Below are positions 1 to 12,999 of a stretch of DNA of 64,000 nt, in pieces; position 1 is the stretch's first letter; every line of letters starts with the position of its first letter. Source of the DNA: Marsupella aquatica (Eukaryota; Plantae; Marchantiophyta); NCBI GenBank assembly GCA_973895155.1, contig OZ316892.1, forward strand, positions 62,001 through 126,000, in the 5' to 3' direction. The notes under the pieces were generated by a model. It was not told the DNA's origin and did no database searches. It saw only the letters and a program-made list of their open reading frames with translations. The position numbers and the translations under genes were made by a program.

Positions 1-701
1 GAAGAGATAACGGTGGCAGCAAAAGAAAGAGTAATACATGTCTGACTCTCTGGATAGAAAATTGGTGACAAAAATCGAAAAACATGCTGCAAAGAGGTAA
101 CTAAACAGTCCGTGGTTACCCAACCATTTCGCCTCTTAAAGGATTCAGGAGCAAAGAAAGACTCTATATAAGCTCGGGGCTCTCCATCAATCTTCTGCAA
201 ATCCTCGCCCGTTGTCGGCGTCGAGTAGACTCCCGCTATGAGCGCTTCAGTCCAAACACTTGGACGCGAGCGGACACCGATTCCTTCCTCAGCATCCCAC
301 ACACCTTGGTCGATGAGGCTGAACTCGCACATCCTCCAAGGGAAACGAAGTAATTTCTTCAAGCCCATCAATGCAAGATTCGTCCTCAATTGTCGGCGGT
401 CCACCATATTCGACGGGATAATTGCGAGTATTGGTCGCGTCGTAAGTTTGGACTCCACCATCGCATCAATCGTAAAGGACGCTTCTCTTGCCGTTCCTAG
501 AAGTGGACGCTTCTCGCAGCGTCCCGTCAAGACCAAGTTTTAGGGTGGACGCTTCTCTCAGCGTCCAGTGCAAAAACTAAAATTCCGAACACTTGTGAAG
601 GGGGAGGGAATGCTGATTCTAATAAAGTACAAACTACCTACCGCCCTCCACTGAAACTATGACCTGTCCCAGGTGAAACACTAAATAGGAGACTCATGAT
701 A

Positions 702-2020
702 TCACTTAACCCAGAATCCATTGATTCGGGTGTCAAGTGGGTGACCGTCTAAGGTAGTCAAGGAAACCGAACTGTTAGCCCAGATTTGGGTAACTCGATA
801 AGGACCAATCCAATGGGTATGGAGTTTCCCAGGAAATAACATATAACGGGAATCAAAGACTAATGCTAAATCACCAACATCTAAATTCACGACTCACAGC
901 TTTTGATCATAAACAAGCTTACGCTTGTTCTGAATTGTAGCTGTATGGTCTAACGCTAAAAGTCTAACTTCTTCTAATTTGACAATATCAGAAAACCTAT
1001 GTGGGAGACTAGCCGCTGGAGAGAGACGGTTGGATACCAAGAGTCATTCTGTTGGGAAGGAGAATTCAATAGGAATGATACTGTCCAGGCCATAAGTCAG
1101 GTAGAAGGGAGTGTGAAGGGTTGTAATTTTCTCGGCAGTACGGTAAGCCCATAATGCAGAATGTAACTTCACATCCCAGTCTGTCTTGTGAGACTCTACT
1201 ATCTTATTCAGGATCTTGCCCACAATGCCATTAGCTCTTTCCGTTAAGCCATTAGCTCTGGGGTTGTAAGGAGTAGTTTTGCGATGCTTGATAAGATATG
1301 TGTTAGTAATTAACTCAATAGTTGAGTTAAGAAAATGCAAACCCCTATCGCTTACCAACTCCAAAGGACACCCGAACCGAGTAATAATGTGCTCAAAGAG
1401 AAATGCAGCCGCTGTTGTAGCATCATTCTTGCGAGTGGCTTTAGCCTCCACCCATTTGGTGGCATAATCAGTGGCCAGAATAATGTATTTACTTTGGCTT
1501 TTTCGAGCTGCTGGTGAAATTGGGCCAATAAAATCAATACCCCATTTCTCAAATGGTGTCAAAGGCAGGATGGGCGTAAGAGGCCATTTGGAACTAGCAG
1601 TGGGTTTCCCTATTCTTTGACAGGGGTCACACGTCTTAATAAAGTTGTAAGTATCTCTATGCATGGTAGGCCACCAGTACCCAGCATCCAAAATTTTCTT
1701 TACAGTAGTATTGATAGCATAATGGCCACGTGTTTCTCCATAATGTAAAGCTTCAATTACTTGTGGGAGTTCCCTGTTCTCCAGACATCGTCGCATCTTC
1801 TGATCAGGACCTTGTTTAAACAAAGTGCCCTGAAGGATAGTATAAGGTCCCACCTTATGTGCAAAAACAGCTCATTCTTCCGCATTAAGGCCTTCAGGAA
1901 AACTACCATGAATCAACATGTGCACAATATCGAAATACGGTGAAGACTATCCTTCAATGTGCCACAAATGCTCATCTGGGAATTCATCAGAAAGATTATG
2001 CTGATTCTCTGGCCCAGGTA
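702..2020 (-). mobile_element. Ty3/Gypsy LTR-retrotransposon integrase remnant (Zn-binding, rve core, C-terminal GPY/F module), interrupted by stops
   Basis: ORF 1044..1853 has the HHCC finger (ALHYGETRGHY...CDPCQ), PFEKWGIDFIGP, LVSDRG and NGLTERAN (D,D-35-E). ORF 702..890 has GKLHTHWIGPY. Upstream in-frame 'LSDEFPDEHL' lies near 1960-2000. Confidence 0.93.
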
Positions 2021-2629
2021 AGATGCACGGGCATTGGGCAGGGTGAATCTTGTCAGAAGTTCACATTTGTTAGACTAGAACCATTGGGATGCACAAGCTT
2101 TGAGGTCTCCTAAGCAATCACCAGTGCCTTTGATTTTGTCCCTAAACTAAGCAAAGTTCTCTTGTAGCATGTTAAGGGGAGCCCTCTACCTCTAAACAAT
2201 GAGATCCTAAACTAATTTCACTTGAGACATCTCTAGGTACGTAAATAGACAAACACTCATCAGGGAGGTCCAATTCTCAATTTCAGAGACAGTAGACATA
2301 GAAGTAGGCCCTATGGAGATAGATGAAATCAATAGAACTGAGAAACTAGTAGGGAGCAGGAAAACTACTCATACACAAATAGTCGCTTCCAAGTTGAAAT
2401 TCCAAGTTTTAGAATAGAAAGAAAAGTGACTCTTCTATGGTAATGATGGATAGAAACCAAACAGAGATAAATAATAAGAAAAAAAACAACTAATGCAAAG
2501 ATAAATTGAATTTAGGGTGAAATGAATACAATGGGCATCATCATATATACGGGCATATATATCTCACAGCTTTGTTCATTAGAATCCCCTGGGAACTCCA
2601 CATGTAGAGATTTTGACTTTGATTCTTAT

Positions 2630-5600
2630 CTAACTGTAATTATAATCAGTAAACATATCAAAGTGAATTCGCTCCGAGGTCGTGTTGTCCCTTTGATCAA
2701 GTGCAGCATATCGAGCTTCCCGGTCTTCATCTACTTGCTCTTGTCTTGCATGACACTGAGCCCATCTTCTCTTACTCATGTCATTCCTAAATGCCATTTG
2801 TCTCTCCTCTCTCTGTCCGGGGGTTTCCTCGACCATAATACCTTCCTCATTGTACAGTTTACACACACCAGGTCCTCGCTTGTCTGAAAGTTGTAATTCA
2901 TCATCAATGTCCCCTTCTTCTAGGGATTGAGTAATGAGGTAGGACTTACTGACACCTGCAACACTTCCCCATCTTAACATAGGCAGCTCACCTTTCAGAA
3001 ACCCAGCTGCCACCATCAAATTGTACATCCTAGCAGCCGAAGGCCCTGCTCGACTAAATAATTTCCACAAATCTAGACCACCATCCTCCATCTCTCCAGT
3101 AACTGAGATGCGGACATCTGCTTTCTTGCCTGACCTTCCCACAACTTCGTATAATGTTCTTGTGAAGCAGTACCATTTGAAATACCGAGGATCCTTGAGC
3201 ATGTTGTTGTATGTTTCAATGTGATGGACACTCCACAACCATTTCTCGATCTGCTCCAAAAAACTTATCTGCTGATTTGTCCTGTAACTAGGTGTCATTA
3301 GTATCTGAATACTTGGATGGTGCTGCCAGATAGAAAAGTAAGTGGGGGTCGCTTCGTACATAACAGCTATTCCATCCTGTCCTTCTATTTGATCTCCCTC
3401 TTGCACTTGGTAATCCTGTGGTGGATCATGATATCCCCAAAGCAAAGCGGGACCAAAGTACTTCCCAATATTATAATTATACACACCTAGCTCTAACCAT
3501 GTAATAACTACTTCTGTGGGAGTCACTGCTTCCCAATAACTACTTTTCTCCAAGTGAACCAAAGATACATCTTCGGGGTTAAAGGGGTATACATCATTTC
3601 TAAAGTAACCCCCTTGACGAGCCACCACCGCTGGGTCACGCCTCAATTCATAAAAGAACCTCATTGCCAAGTGACTAAGCTCAGGTGCAATTGGTAGATT
3701 GAAACTCATCCAATCATCAGATACTACTATGTCAGAGGTGAAAAATGGGTTGAATGCGACAGTAACCCCGTCCCTCTCCATCTTCTTCCACTGGGCAGCC
3801 TCCAAAAATGTGATGAGTCGGGGAAGTGTATACTTCCCACAATTGATCCGTACTTCCCGAGCAGCCCACGTTTTCAATATCAAGGGCAACAACTCATATA
3901 ACTTACTATAAACATCTAGACAACATTTTCTCTGGTTATCCCTCTGTGCTAATCCCTCATGAACCATATTAGCCATTGCTTTAAGTGCAATAAAAGTTTC
4001 ATTTTGAGGATGCTCCCTTTCTAATTCCGACAACATGAATTGAGCTATTCGACTGTTAGCCCGACCTCCTAATCTATAAGACAAATCCTCAGGTAATTGT
4101 ACATTAATATGTCCAGACCACTCAAAAAAAGGCAGCATGAATCTAATCCTTATAGGGACTTCATCCCAAATCTGATCCCAATCTCCAGGTCTGATATCCC
4201 TTTTATTTACCTCTGCACTGGCCAAAATTATCCGAAGGGTTTCTAGTCCGAGGGCTTCATCAACCTCAATCGGATGCCAACCATCACTCTGCTCTCCAGA
4301 CATTGTGGTCCAGTGGTTGATGCTGATCTTTTTCAGGATCTCAACTCGTTGTTTGTTTATTGGGTCTTTCAAAGCCCCATCCAATAACTTGGTGGCTTTC
4401 TTTGCTTCATCTCTCAACTCTTGCACTCGAAGTTCCCAAGCATCATAAGCATGTCGTGGTATCCGAACATCCTTAGAATTACATTGCACCAACTCTCGCT
4501 GGGCTATTTCACCCAACCACTTCTTTCTCTCCTTCTCTCTTTGCTTGGCACTTAATTCTAATGTTCGGATATACTCCACCCTCTCCAGGTTTTGCTGCTC
4601 CAACTTTTGTAACGCTTCAAAAGTCAGTGTGAGCTGCTGGGTAGTTTCTTTTAGCGACTTCTCTATCACTATTATCATCTGAGAGGTATGACCTGCACAT
4701 TGAGAGTGAGTATAGCGCACTTTAGCAAATTCATCTTCTAATTGCAGCCACTTCTCCTTTTCTTCTTCATATTGGCCTGAAGCCTCCTTGCTCGCTTTTT
4801 GGGCCTCCTTCAATTGTGCATTCAACTCTCTGCCCTCTTCTTCAAAGGCAGCTACATACCGACTCAATTCTTCTGCCTTTGTGGTATTCTGAGCGTGTTG
4901 CTTCTCTGCTTCCTTCCGGACAGTTGTCACTTCCTCTATCAGCAAAGTAATCCTTGCCTCTTTTTCTTGGGACTTCATCTCCTGCTCATGCAACATTTGT
5001 TCTCGTATCTCCACCTTCTCATTGAGGAGTCTCACCATCTCCTTGTTTTCCTTCAGCAAACTCTCCAACTTCTCAATCCTCTCTTGGAGCTTAAGGTTGG
5101 TGTTGGCGCTTCTGAACAGATCTTCTTCCTGCTGCTTTGCCTTTTTTCTCTCTCTTACCCCAGTTTCTGCTTCGAGTGCACAAATGTGGGCCAACCCGCA
5201 CACTTCCTTGGCTTGATGTAACCACAAACGCTTGTCACTTCCTACAGGGAAGGGTCGATTAATAAACTTCATCCTCTGCTCAAAGGAGGTGAGCTCAGAC
5301 AGAACAACATTTGATAACAACTCTGTCAACACTGGTTGATGGTATACATAATCAGATTGGGCAATGGATGTCATAGCTTCTTCTTCCTCTTCGACCGGGA
5401 TTATCACTCTCCTTTTCTTTCTTTTCAAGGACTTAACACACGCATTCCCCTTTATCCTCAATGTACGTAATCCTTGTGCGCCTTCTTCATCAGAATTGTC
5501 CACTTCATCTGCACTGCTTGAGACCAGGCCCGAGACCAGGGATCCCTTTGGGGCATAGAGTCTCGGATTATCTTCTTCCCCATCCTCGCTCTCTGACTCC

Positions 5601-6367
5601 TCCTTTTCTTCTTCCTCCTGGTTTGCCTCCTCTCGCTCCTCTGAATCGCTGTCCTGCAAGGAGATTATTGTGACCGCGGTTGTGATCCTATCGGCAGTGA
5701 GGGCGTGGTCCATCACTACGCTTAATACATATGCACAAATTGACGGAAACAATGGTAGCCCCTTCCTGGTTATAACACTTGCAAGGTTGCGCTTCCATAT
5801 CAGCAATGGGTGAAGAGTTCCATCTAATACTCTCTTGGCAACTGATAGTTGCTCTGGCGTTACATAATGGTACCCACTCTTGAGGATTACCCATTTAGTA
5901 AAGAACTCCACATACTTGCGGACCTCTTGGTTTGTCATAACGCCATATTGGACCTTCTTCTCATGCTGGAGCTCTCCTCCTTGTTTTAGGAAGGCACTCA
6001 TCTCTCTTCCCGTAAGTGCCTCAATTGGATAGTCAGCTGGTAGGCTGTCTGGGGCGAAAATCCCAAACAAAGTCGCTAATTCCTTGTTGGGGATGCGGTA
6101 GGCTTGTGCTCTGTATGTGATAAACACTCCAGTGTCTGCAAAATTGACATCCACAATATCTTTGTAAAGCTGACAAGCACGATCAATTGATACAAACCTA
6201 TCAATTCGGACAAGCCCATAGCATCGAGCCCTTTCAAATATCTCTTTGTATTCTTCAATGAAAGCCACCTCAGAGATTGAGTTCCTCAATCTTTCTTCTG
6301 GAGTTGATCGAGGTTGTTTATTTTTGGCTGGAGGGACCTCTACTCGGGTTTGATTTGGAGATGTCAT
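2630..6367 (-). CDS. 1245-aa intronless ORF: transposon-accessory-like N-terminal domain, acidic patch, long coiled coil, unknown C-terminal domain; probably retroelement-borne
   Basis: The ORF is long and uninterrupted. It has an E/D-rich tract and an E/K/Q-rich heptad region (aa ~400-680). The N-terminus (FITYRAQAYRIPNKELATLFGI) weakly resembles the domain at 12.2-12.8, 33.5-34.2 and 45.3-45.9 kb. It abuts an integrase remnant. Confidence 0.6.
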   Translation of the reverse strand: MTSPNQTRVEVPPAKNKQPRSTPEERLRNSISEVAFIEEYKEIFERARCYGLVRIDRFVSIDRACQLYKDIVDVNFADTGVFITYRAQAYRIPNKELATLFGIFAPDSLPADYPIEALTGREMSAFLKQGGELQHEKKVQYGVMTNQEVRKYVEFFTKWVILKSGYHYVTPEQLSVAKRVLDGTLHPLLIWKRNLASVITRKGLPLFPSICAYVLSVVMDHALTADRITTAVTIISLQDSDSEEREEANQEEEEKEESESEDGEEDNPRLYAPKGSLVSGLVSSSADEVDNSDEEGAQGLRTLRIKGNACVKSLKRKKRRVIIPVEEEEEAMTSIAQSDYVYHQPVLTELLSNVVLSELTSFEQRMKFINRPFPVGSDKRLWLHQAKEVCGLAHICALEAETGVRERKKAKQQEEDLFRSANTNLKLQERIEKLESLLKENKEMVRLLNEKVEIREQMLHEQEMKSQEKEARITLLIEEVTTVRKEAEKQHAQNTTKAEELSRYVAAFEEEGRELNAQLKEAQKASKEASGQYEEEKEKWLQLEDEFAKVRYTHSQCAGHTSQMIIVIEKSLKETTQQLTLTFEALQKLEQQNLERVEYIRTLELSAKQREKERKKWLGEIAQRELVQCNSKDVRIPRHAYDAWELRVQELRDEAKKATKLLDGALKDPINKQRVEILKKISINHWTTMSGEQSDGWHPIEVDEALGLETLRIILASAEVNKRDIRPGDWDQIWDEVPIRIRFMLPFFEWSGHINVQLPEDLSYRLGGRANSRIAQFMLSELEREHPQNETFIALKAMANMVHEGLAQRDNQRKCCLDVYSKLYELLPLILKTWAAREVRINCGKYTLPRLITFLEAAQWKKMERDGVTVAFNPFFTSDIVVSDDWMSFNLPIAPELSHLAMRFFYELRRDPAVVARQGGYFRNDVYPFNPEDVSLVHLEKSSYWEAVTPTEVVITWLELGVYNYNIGKYFGPALLWGYHDPPQDYQVQEGDQIEGQDGIAVMYEATPTYFSIWQHHPSIQILMTPSYRTNQQISFLEQIEKWLWSVHHIETYNNMLKDPRYFKWYCFTRTLYEVVGRSGKKADVRISVTGEMEDGGLDLWKLFSRAGPSAARMYNLMVAAGFLKGELPMLRWGSVAGVSKSYLITQSLEEGDIDDELQLSDKRGPGVCKLYNEEGIMVEETPGQREERQMAFRNDMSKRRWAQCHARQEQVDEDREARYAALDQRDNTTSERIHFDMFTDYNYS

Positions 6368-9300
6368 TGTGAAATCTTTACAAATGAAGGTAGTTCAGTC
6401 AACTTATCCACTTCGCAAACATTCGGAACATCCTTCCTTCCTAAAGATTTCAATGGGGCGCTCGCACTGTGAAAACTCTAATATACTTGGCAAACATGTT
6501 GGTCTCATAGATTGAAGTGGTTTCAACGATGGCACGGTCAATTGAATAGCGGACGGTGGTCTTAGTGTCTTAGTGCCTTTCCTTTTATGGTGTTTGAATC
6601 CTCTTCCTCCTACAACTTGGAGCAATAGCTTCCCTCGTTCCACTTCCTTTTGTATCCAAACAATGATGACTCTTCTTCTCTTGAATGGAGACTGAGGGTA
6701 CAATCCCTCTTGTGATGATATTCACTTGAATGGAGAGGGTACAATCCTGACACTGTTCATTTTCTTGTCGGCCACCCTTTTGTCCTATATCTCATGAAGT
6801 TGGGTACACCCCACACAACATACAAACCGTTAAAAGTTTCTGACAATTAACCTAGTTGCATGTACTTAGACAATACTTTAATATATAAATCATGACTTGT
6901 TAATCATTAATTATGCTTTATTATCTCTCTTTGCAACACTATTAGGGGGTCACACATTACACACAACTTATAAAAAAGGAGATTGAACTAAAAAAGAACA
7001 AACTATATGACCAAAGGATAGACTCTCAATCTAGGGGATCTTTCCGCAAGCCACCTAATCTAGAATAGTTTTCATTACTTAGATAGTTTGCACTACTATA
7101 TATTATTCACAACTATATTATATCTCAAATATATGTTTCTTGAAGAAGTGTGTTATAATTCCACTCCTCTCAATTAGTTGTTTATTTTAATATATGTACT
7201 AGAAAGCTTAATTTCTACTCAATTAGTAGTTTAATGTATGCTAGTAGAACATTATGGACCATATTAGACTCTCAAAACTCAAGCTAAAAGCCCTTATTTT
7301 CCTGGTCATATATTATGCAGAAGATTGCAAAAATCACATCACTTTGGATGAGGTAATTAATTTCTCCTATATTTTCACTAAAATTTGTAAAATTATCTTA
7401 TCATAACAATCTACGATACCATCAAAATTTTGACCATAAATAATAGCCTTTGACAACTTGAGTTAGAGTTAATATTACATACATTAATTATACTCAAACA
7501 AGGCCTAAAAAATGTAACTAGGGGGCCCACGAACTAATTCCAAATACTCTTTTAGCTCCAATGCACTATCTTTAAAATTTGAAATATTATGGTATCTCCT
7601 CAAAACAACAAGCTGTAAGACTCTAATGCATATACTGAAATCTCTTGTTTAGACTCTATTAGGGCATCAAAGCCCAGCCGTAACTCAGTTATAGCTTAGG
7701 ACATAAATCACTTTTATGGCCTGGAAGTAACTTCTTATGGGGTACCTACAAAGGTGCCCCGCAAGTCTCATACATCATAAAGTTTTATGTCCGTAGGGTG
7801 AAGACCATATGTTTTAAGAGAAGTCGCCCCGGCACTAGTCACTAGTGCAAAGCCTGCCCGGCACAAGTGGCCCCTACGATGATCCCAGTGATGGAATGAG
7901 GGGTGAACTGAGTGTATTTTCCCCACTCACGAATTTGGGCAGCTCCTCTGAAATTCTTGATGAAATCCATCTGGGCATCACACTTAGGTCCACATTCATC
8001 AATATCGTTGCTGTTTGTCCTGAATTCGTAGTCAATGCACTATTGGGGTGAGGAAGAGATTCCCTCCAATCTTATTTAATGATGAGAGCCGCATAGGTGA
8101 CGGTGAGCAAGCTCACCGACATGGCTGCTACGTCGAGCTGTGAATTGTGGTGATGGATGGTTGTCTCCCAAAATTGTTCTACAGGCACTCTCGAGCAAGG
8201 AATTCTTCTAATTGTTTGCTACTTGTTCTTCCATATTACATGAATTTAGTTTTGACAAAGAACAAACAGTTCTGAAACCGAGATTCTACGGGGAATAGAA
8301 ATTGTTTGCTCTTGGATGTCCTTTGCTCATTTTAACAGACTTTCAAACAATGGATTTGATTTTAGAAGTATGTTGGTGACAAATCCCCACCTGTAACAAT
8401 CTATTGCACATCACATGAAACTAAAATGCTAATCTCTGTGCAAGCGCAATTGAACAACTACTGTTTTTTACTCATCTCTACTTCAATGTTGGTGTCTCTA
8501 TTAGCTTTGAGTGCTTAATTTCAGAGTCTCTCTTAGCTTTGAGTGCAGAATTGTGACTACGCCTGTCGAAATAGTTTCGAGGCGCTCAATTGTCTCAGAA
8601 GTTATTAAATTCCTAGGTTCAACATAGTGGCAAAAGTTACGACGATGCGCCGTCCAAATTTCTGCTGTTCTGATTCTGGCCAACGCTTTCTATTCTGGAT
8701 TTGATTGCCACTACATTTACTTTGTTGCTAAGACCAAAAATCTCTCTTGAAGACTCATTGACAACCTACGATGGTGATGACACCTGCAACTTTGTCACCA
8801 TCCTTAAGATTCTTTTCTACCCCATAACTAGTTCTTACAGGACGTGTCAAAGTACCTGATCAACTTCTGCCCTTAAAATTCCCGTAACTTTGTTTTACGG
8901 CTATTTGAAAGAGGGACTGACAGTGGACAGGGCTTATGGCTGTGTTTTGACACGCCCTATTGGCACTCTTGTTTGGTACTCTCATCCGAAGAGATCTAGT
9001 ACAAAAGTTTATGGCTTTCTATGTCACTTCCCGATCAAATTTGTTCATTGCTCTGACTTGCATCGTTCAATTTAAACTGTGTATTCAACTTAACTGAACA
9101 TCAGGACATGGAACACATTATTTACAATAATTATGCACAAGCACACAACCAAGAATGTGTGTCCAGACCAACTTATAACACTAAGTTCTCTCAAAGATCA
9201 GCCAAAAATCTTCAAATGAATGTAATTAATCTCCAAAATGTAGTTCAATAGCTCTCCTCTAGACTAACAGGCCCTTTCTTAATCTTGGCCAGTTGGACCT

Positions 9301-9616
9301 CTCTCTCTCAGTCTCTCTCTCTCTTGGATGAAGCCATTGTCGACAACTTAACTAGAAGGAAGAGATTTTTGTCCACTTATCAGTCATTTGCAAGCCAATC
9401 TCTTCATCACTAACGATGAAGGTAGGGATTTTCTGATTGCTCAATGAATGAATGAGGGGGTCTCAACCTTCCTTTGACCCTAAATGCATGCTCCCTTCCT
9501 CCTCTTCCACAAACTTTGCTTTCATCTCCCTCATCCATCCGTACTTGCACGACCATGAGAAATTTCACTCCTTGGTGGCATTCACTCATTCGAGGCTTGA
9601 CACAGGGTATGGTCCT

Positions 9617-12600
9617 TTAATCCTTTAAATCTTTTGTTTGAAGGTTTCGCCACTTGTCTTTCAGATCAATCTGTGTCAAAGTCAATAAAACATGATAGAT
9701 GAGCATGCAATTTGTCTTGTGTGCAAGGGTAAATACAGTAATACAAAAAGCAGGATATAACCATAGAAGACTTACTTCAGACCGGTCAATGAAGTGTGCA
9801 CCCTCGGCAGCAAGAATTCAACTCCACTTGCCTGGTCCAAACCTGAAATTAACCTTGGCTTAGAAAACCTCTTGTTCTTAGAGAAAAACACCAATTAATA
9901 CCAGCTAGGTAAGATATTACGTCAATGCATTTTGATTGATAAGTCATAGGTTCACTACTTGCCTACGGACTGCCTGTTTGAGACAATTTGTTTCCTCTTT
10001 AGACCACCTTTTAGTTGCCCTACGAACACGTATTAGACCATTGGGGCCTTCTTTCATGACTGCCCGGGTGATCAATTTGGAATTTTGTATTCCAATACAA
10101 TCTTGATGCAGCCTCAACCTCTTAGATGACGGGCTGGACGTATCCTCCTTCCCTGTGCCCTGCAAAGACATCCAATTTGTAATACTCCAGCAAGGATTGC
10201 AAACATTACAAAATACAGTACATCTTCCATACTGTACAAGATAGATGTTGTTGTCACCAATGATTAAAAACAAGAAGTTTCCTGCAGACCACCTCACCTT
10301 GGCACTCGAAGTTGCTAGATTGCCCTCCTCTGCTTTGTCTTTGGATTGGAATGGGGTGATTAGGGACCGAGAAGGAGGATTTAGCAAATCTATAATTCGT
10401 TTTCTCCCTAAGTTCTTCCCCATATCACAAATGCCTTTGTAATTCTCACTCTGTGGGGCTGGAAGCTCAACTAATCTCTGTTCTTCCGGATGAATTAGGT
10501 GTTGGACTTCATTTGATGATTGTTGCATTTTGCTAGTAGTAATTCCTCTGTTGAGCATATTAACCTCTGTGCTCACCTCTGTCACAAAAAAAACACCACA
10601 TTAGAGACTTCAATTCTCCATCAACAGCACATACAAAGACCTAGGAGTCTGAAACTACTCTATACACTATCAATCTGAACTAATCAATGCTAGTTCTAGT
10701 GCAATTTTGGTCAAACTGTAAGACTACATATGAGTTGAACTATGACATTGGTGAGCACTACATACCATACACTGGTTGGGAGGATGCCTGCTTTGGCAAC
10801 AATACAGGCGCCATGATCTGCTGGTTGGCCACCTCCAAAGGAGCTCCTTCATTCTCATCTATCAAATTCTCTTTACCTGTTCCAATCTCCACCCGCCTTT
10901 TTCTATAGTGATTCAATTTAGACTGCAAATACAACCATCCAATTAACGGAAATGATATTTCTCCACCACAATATGTATATTCACAATGACTTGCAGCAAA
11001 CAACAAATCAGTCCCACCTTTTACCAAATCTGATAGCTAGTGAGAGAAGACAAGGCCCAAACATTGTTAAAACAATGCATCTGTCTCCTAGCCTGTGAGT
11101 GCGGGACAAAACCAATGGAAAAATCCCAAAATTTTTGTGCACCACTCCATCGAGCGGTGCAAATTAAACCAACTATTTAATAAGACATTTAAGAAAACAA
11201 TCCTTTGGAGGAGGAGGGGAAGGGAGAGAATCATGAGCTAAGTTACCCAAGGTTGATCCAAATAAATACCTGAAGCTCAACTCGGACTTCCTCGGCAACA
11301 CTTTCATACTTGTCTTTCAAAGTATCCACATCCCTACGAACTGCGGCCAAGGTGGTCACCATCATTTCATTCCTTTGTAGGAGTAGCTCCAACTTGACAC
11401 CTATTGTGTTGTTTGCCTCTACTTGCATCCTCAAGTTGGTCAGTATTGTTTCGTTCCTCTCTGTCTGTAACTCCAAGGTGGTTGTCATCTTCTCATTCCA
11501 GTCTCTCTGGCGCTCTTTCTCTATTTTCAACTCACCTACAACCTCCATCAAGCACAGGCATGATGTACAACAAGATCTGACTGTTTTTGAAGCTTCTGAA
11601 ATGCTCAAGGGGAATACATTCTTTAGTGTGAATATGTCAGAGTGCTCCAGCAACTCCGTACCAGTTGTTGTCAACTCGATACCAAATTTTGTCTTCAATT
11701 TTCCCTGTTCTCTATCCTCTGTTCCAGGCGTTGCTTCCGCTTCGCCCAATGTCTTCCCTGATATTTCATGTTCTTTACCCCCCGACAGAGGTTTTGTCTC
11801 TTGAAGACTCAATGTCTTCATGGACGTTGCATGATCTTCATGGATTATCCCAACCTTTGTCACCATCTCATTGTCACAAGCTCGATTGAACAAAGAACCA
11901 TCTTGGTGTCCGTTCACAAAAGAACCATCTTGCTAACCTTGCGGCTCTGCTCCACTAGTTGAGAATAGCCCGAGAAGTCCTCCACTGCTACATGGATCAC
12001 CCTCATGCACACTAGAAACAACAGTTCCTTTGGCATGTCCTGACATTGCATCATCGTCGTTCATAATTTGCAGATGCATTGTGAGATGTTTTTGTCCTGT
12101 GCAGTTCTCCTCCATCCCGTGGTTTTCCACTCCATGATGCTCCACACCCACTTGAGTAGATGTTTTCCAATGGAATACTTGTGGCCTTGGCAAAGACACA
12201 ATTGAAGGGGACTTCTCACTCAACAGAATTTGCAGATGGGATCCAAAATTGTAAGTGCAAGTCATGTTACCTTCGGAGATTTGTTTCCGGGCTCTGCAGA
12301 GGAGGTCGATCAGTCTCCCGCCAAGATATTCTCCCCAATTCTTCCTACTACTTGTTTCTTCAACTTGCTTTATCTAGCACAAAGACACATCGGCCCTGCT
12401 CCCCTTAAAGTGAAGAGCCCCCAATTGAAACTCTAGCCTCTCTCTGATTAGGGAATCTTTGCAATATTGCAATGAGTAAGAACCATTGCTGTTCCTTTTA
12501 ATCCCTGCGAATGACCTTGGATTATATCGAACTGCTTTTTGCTCAAATGGCTCCCCTGACCCTTGCAACTTGAATGTCTTCTTGATAGAATCCAAACTCA

Positions 12601-12832
12601 AGTCTATTCTTCCCCCACAAACCCATGTTTCAGATTGTTCACTGTCAAAGTTCCGGATGAAATCTATCATGTCAGACTTAGAATGACTCTTAGTGTCCCA
12701 ACGAACTCCCAAAACAAAATCTGCAAGCCCATTGTGCTGAAGATATTCTGAATGTCGCGCTTGACACAATGTCGTCACCACAAGTGGTGGGATAAAATAG
12801 AATGTTGGCATCGCCATAGGCTTGGAAGACAT
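9617..12832 (-). pseudogene. Multi-exon chimeric gene: transposon-type N-terminal domain + coiled coil + C-terminal TRF-like (telobox) Myb/SANT domain; carries in-frame stops
   Basis: ORFs 12374..12832, 11933..12265 and 11243..11917 are in one frame, separated by single TAG codons. The last exons splice to give KRWSKEETNCLKQAVR|RFGPGKWS*ILAAEGAHFIDRSE|IDLKDKWRNLQ (exons ..9963, 9842-9776, 9670-9617). LKDKWRN is the telobox signature. There is a TGA at 9818-9820. Confidence 0.75.
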
Positions 12833-12999
12833 CGTTGTCCCTTCTTCCCACTAGTAGGCATGTACACCAAACCTCTGGTGGCACACTATCTTGGTTTGAT
12901 ATCAGTTTGATATGTAGACAAATGTCATGCTAGACTGTGGTGACAATGAGAATGGTCGTGCTCCCCAGGTTCTTACAATAGTCTACGAGCCCATTACAA

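Noticed and set aside
7800-8900. Possible gag/LTR remnant upstream of the 1245-aa ORF
   Set aside because: I could not identify a diagnostic motif, terminus or TSD.
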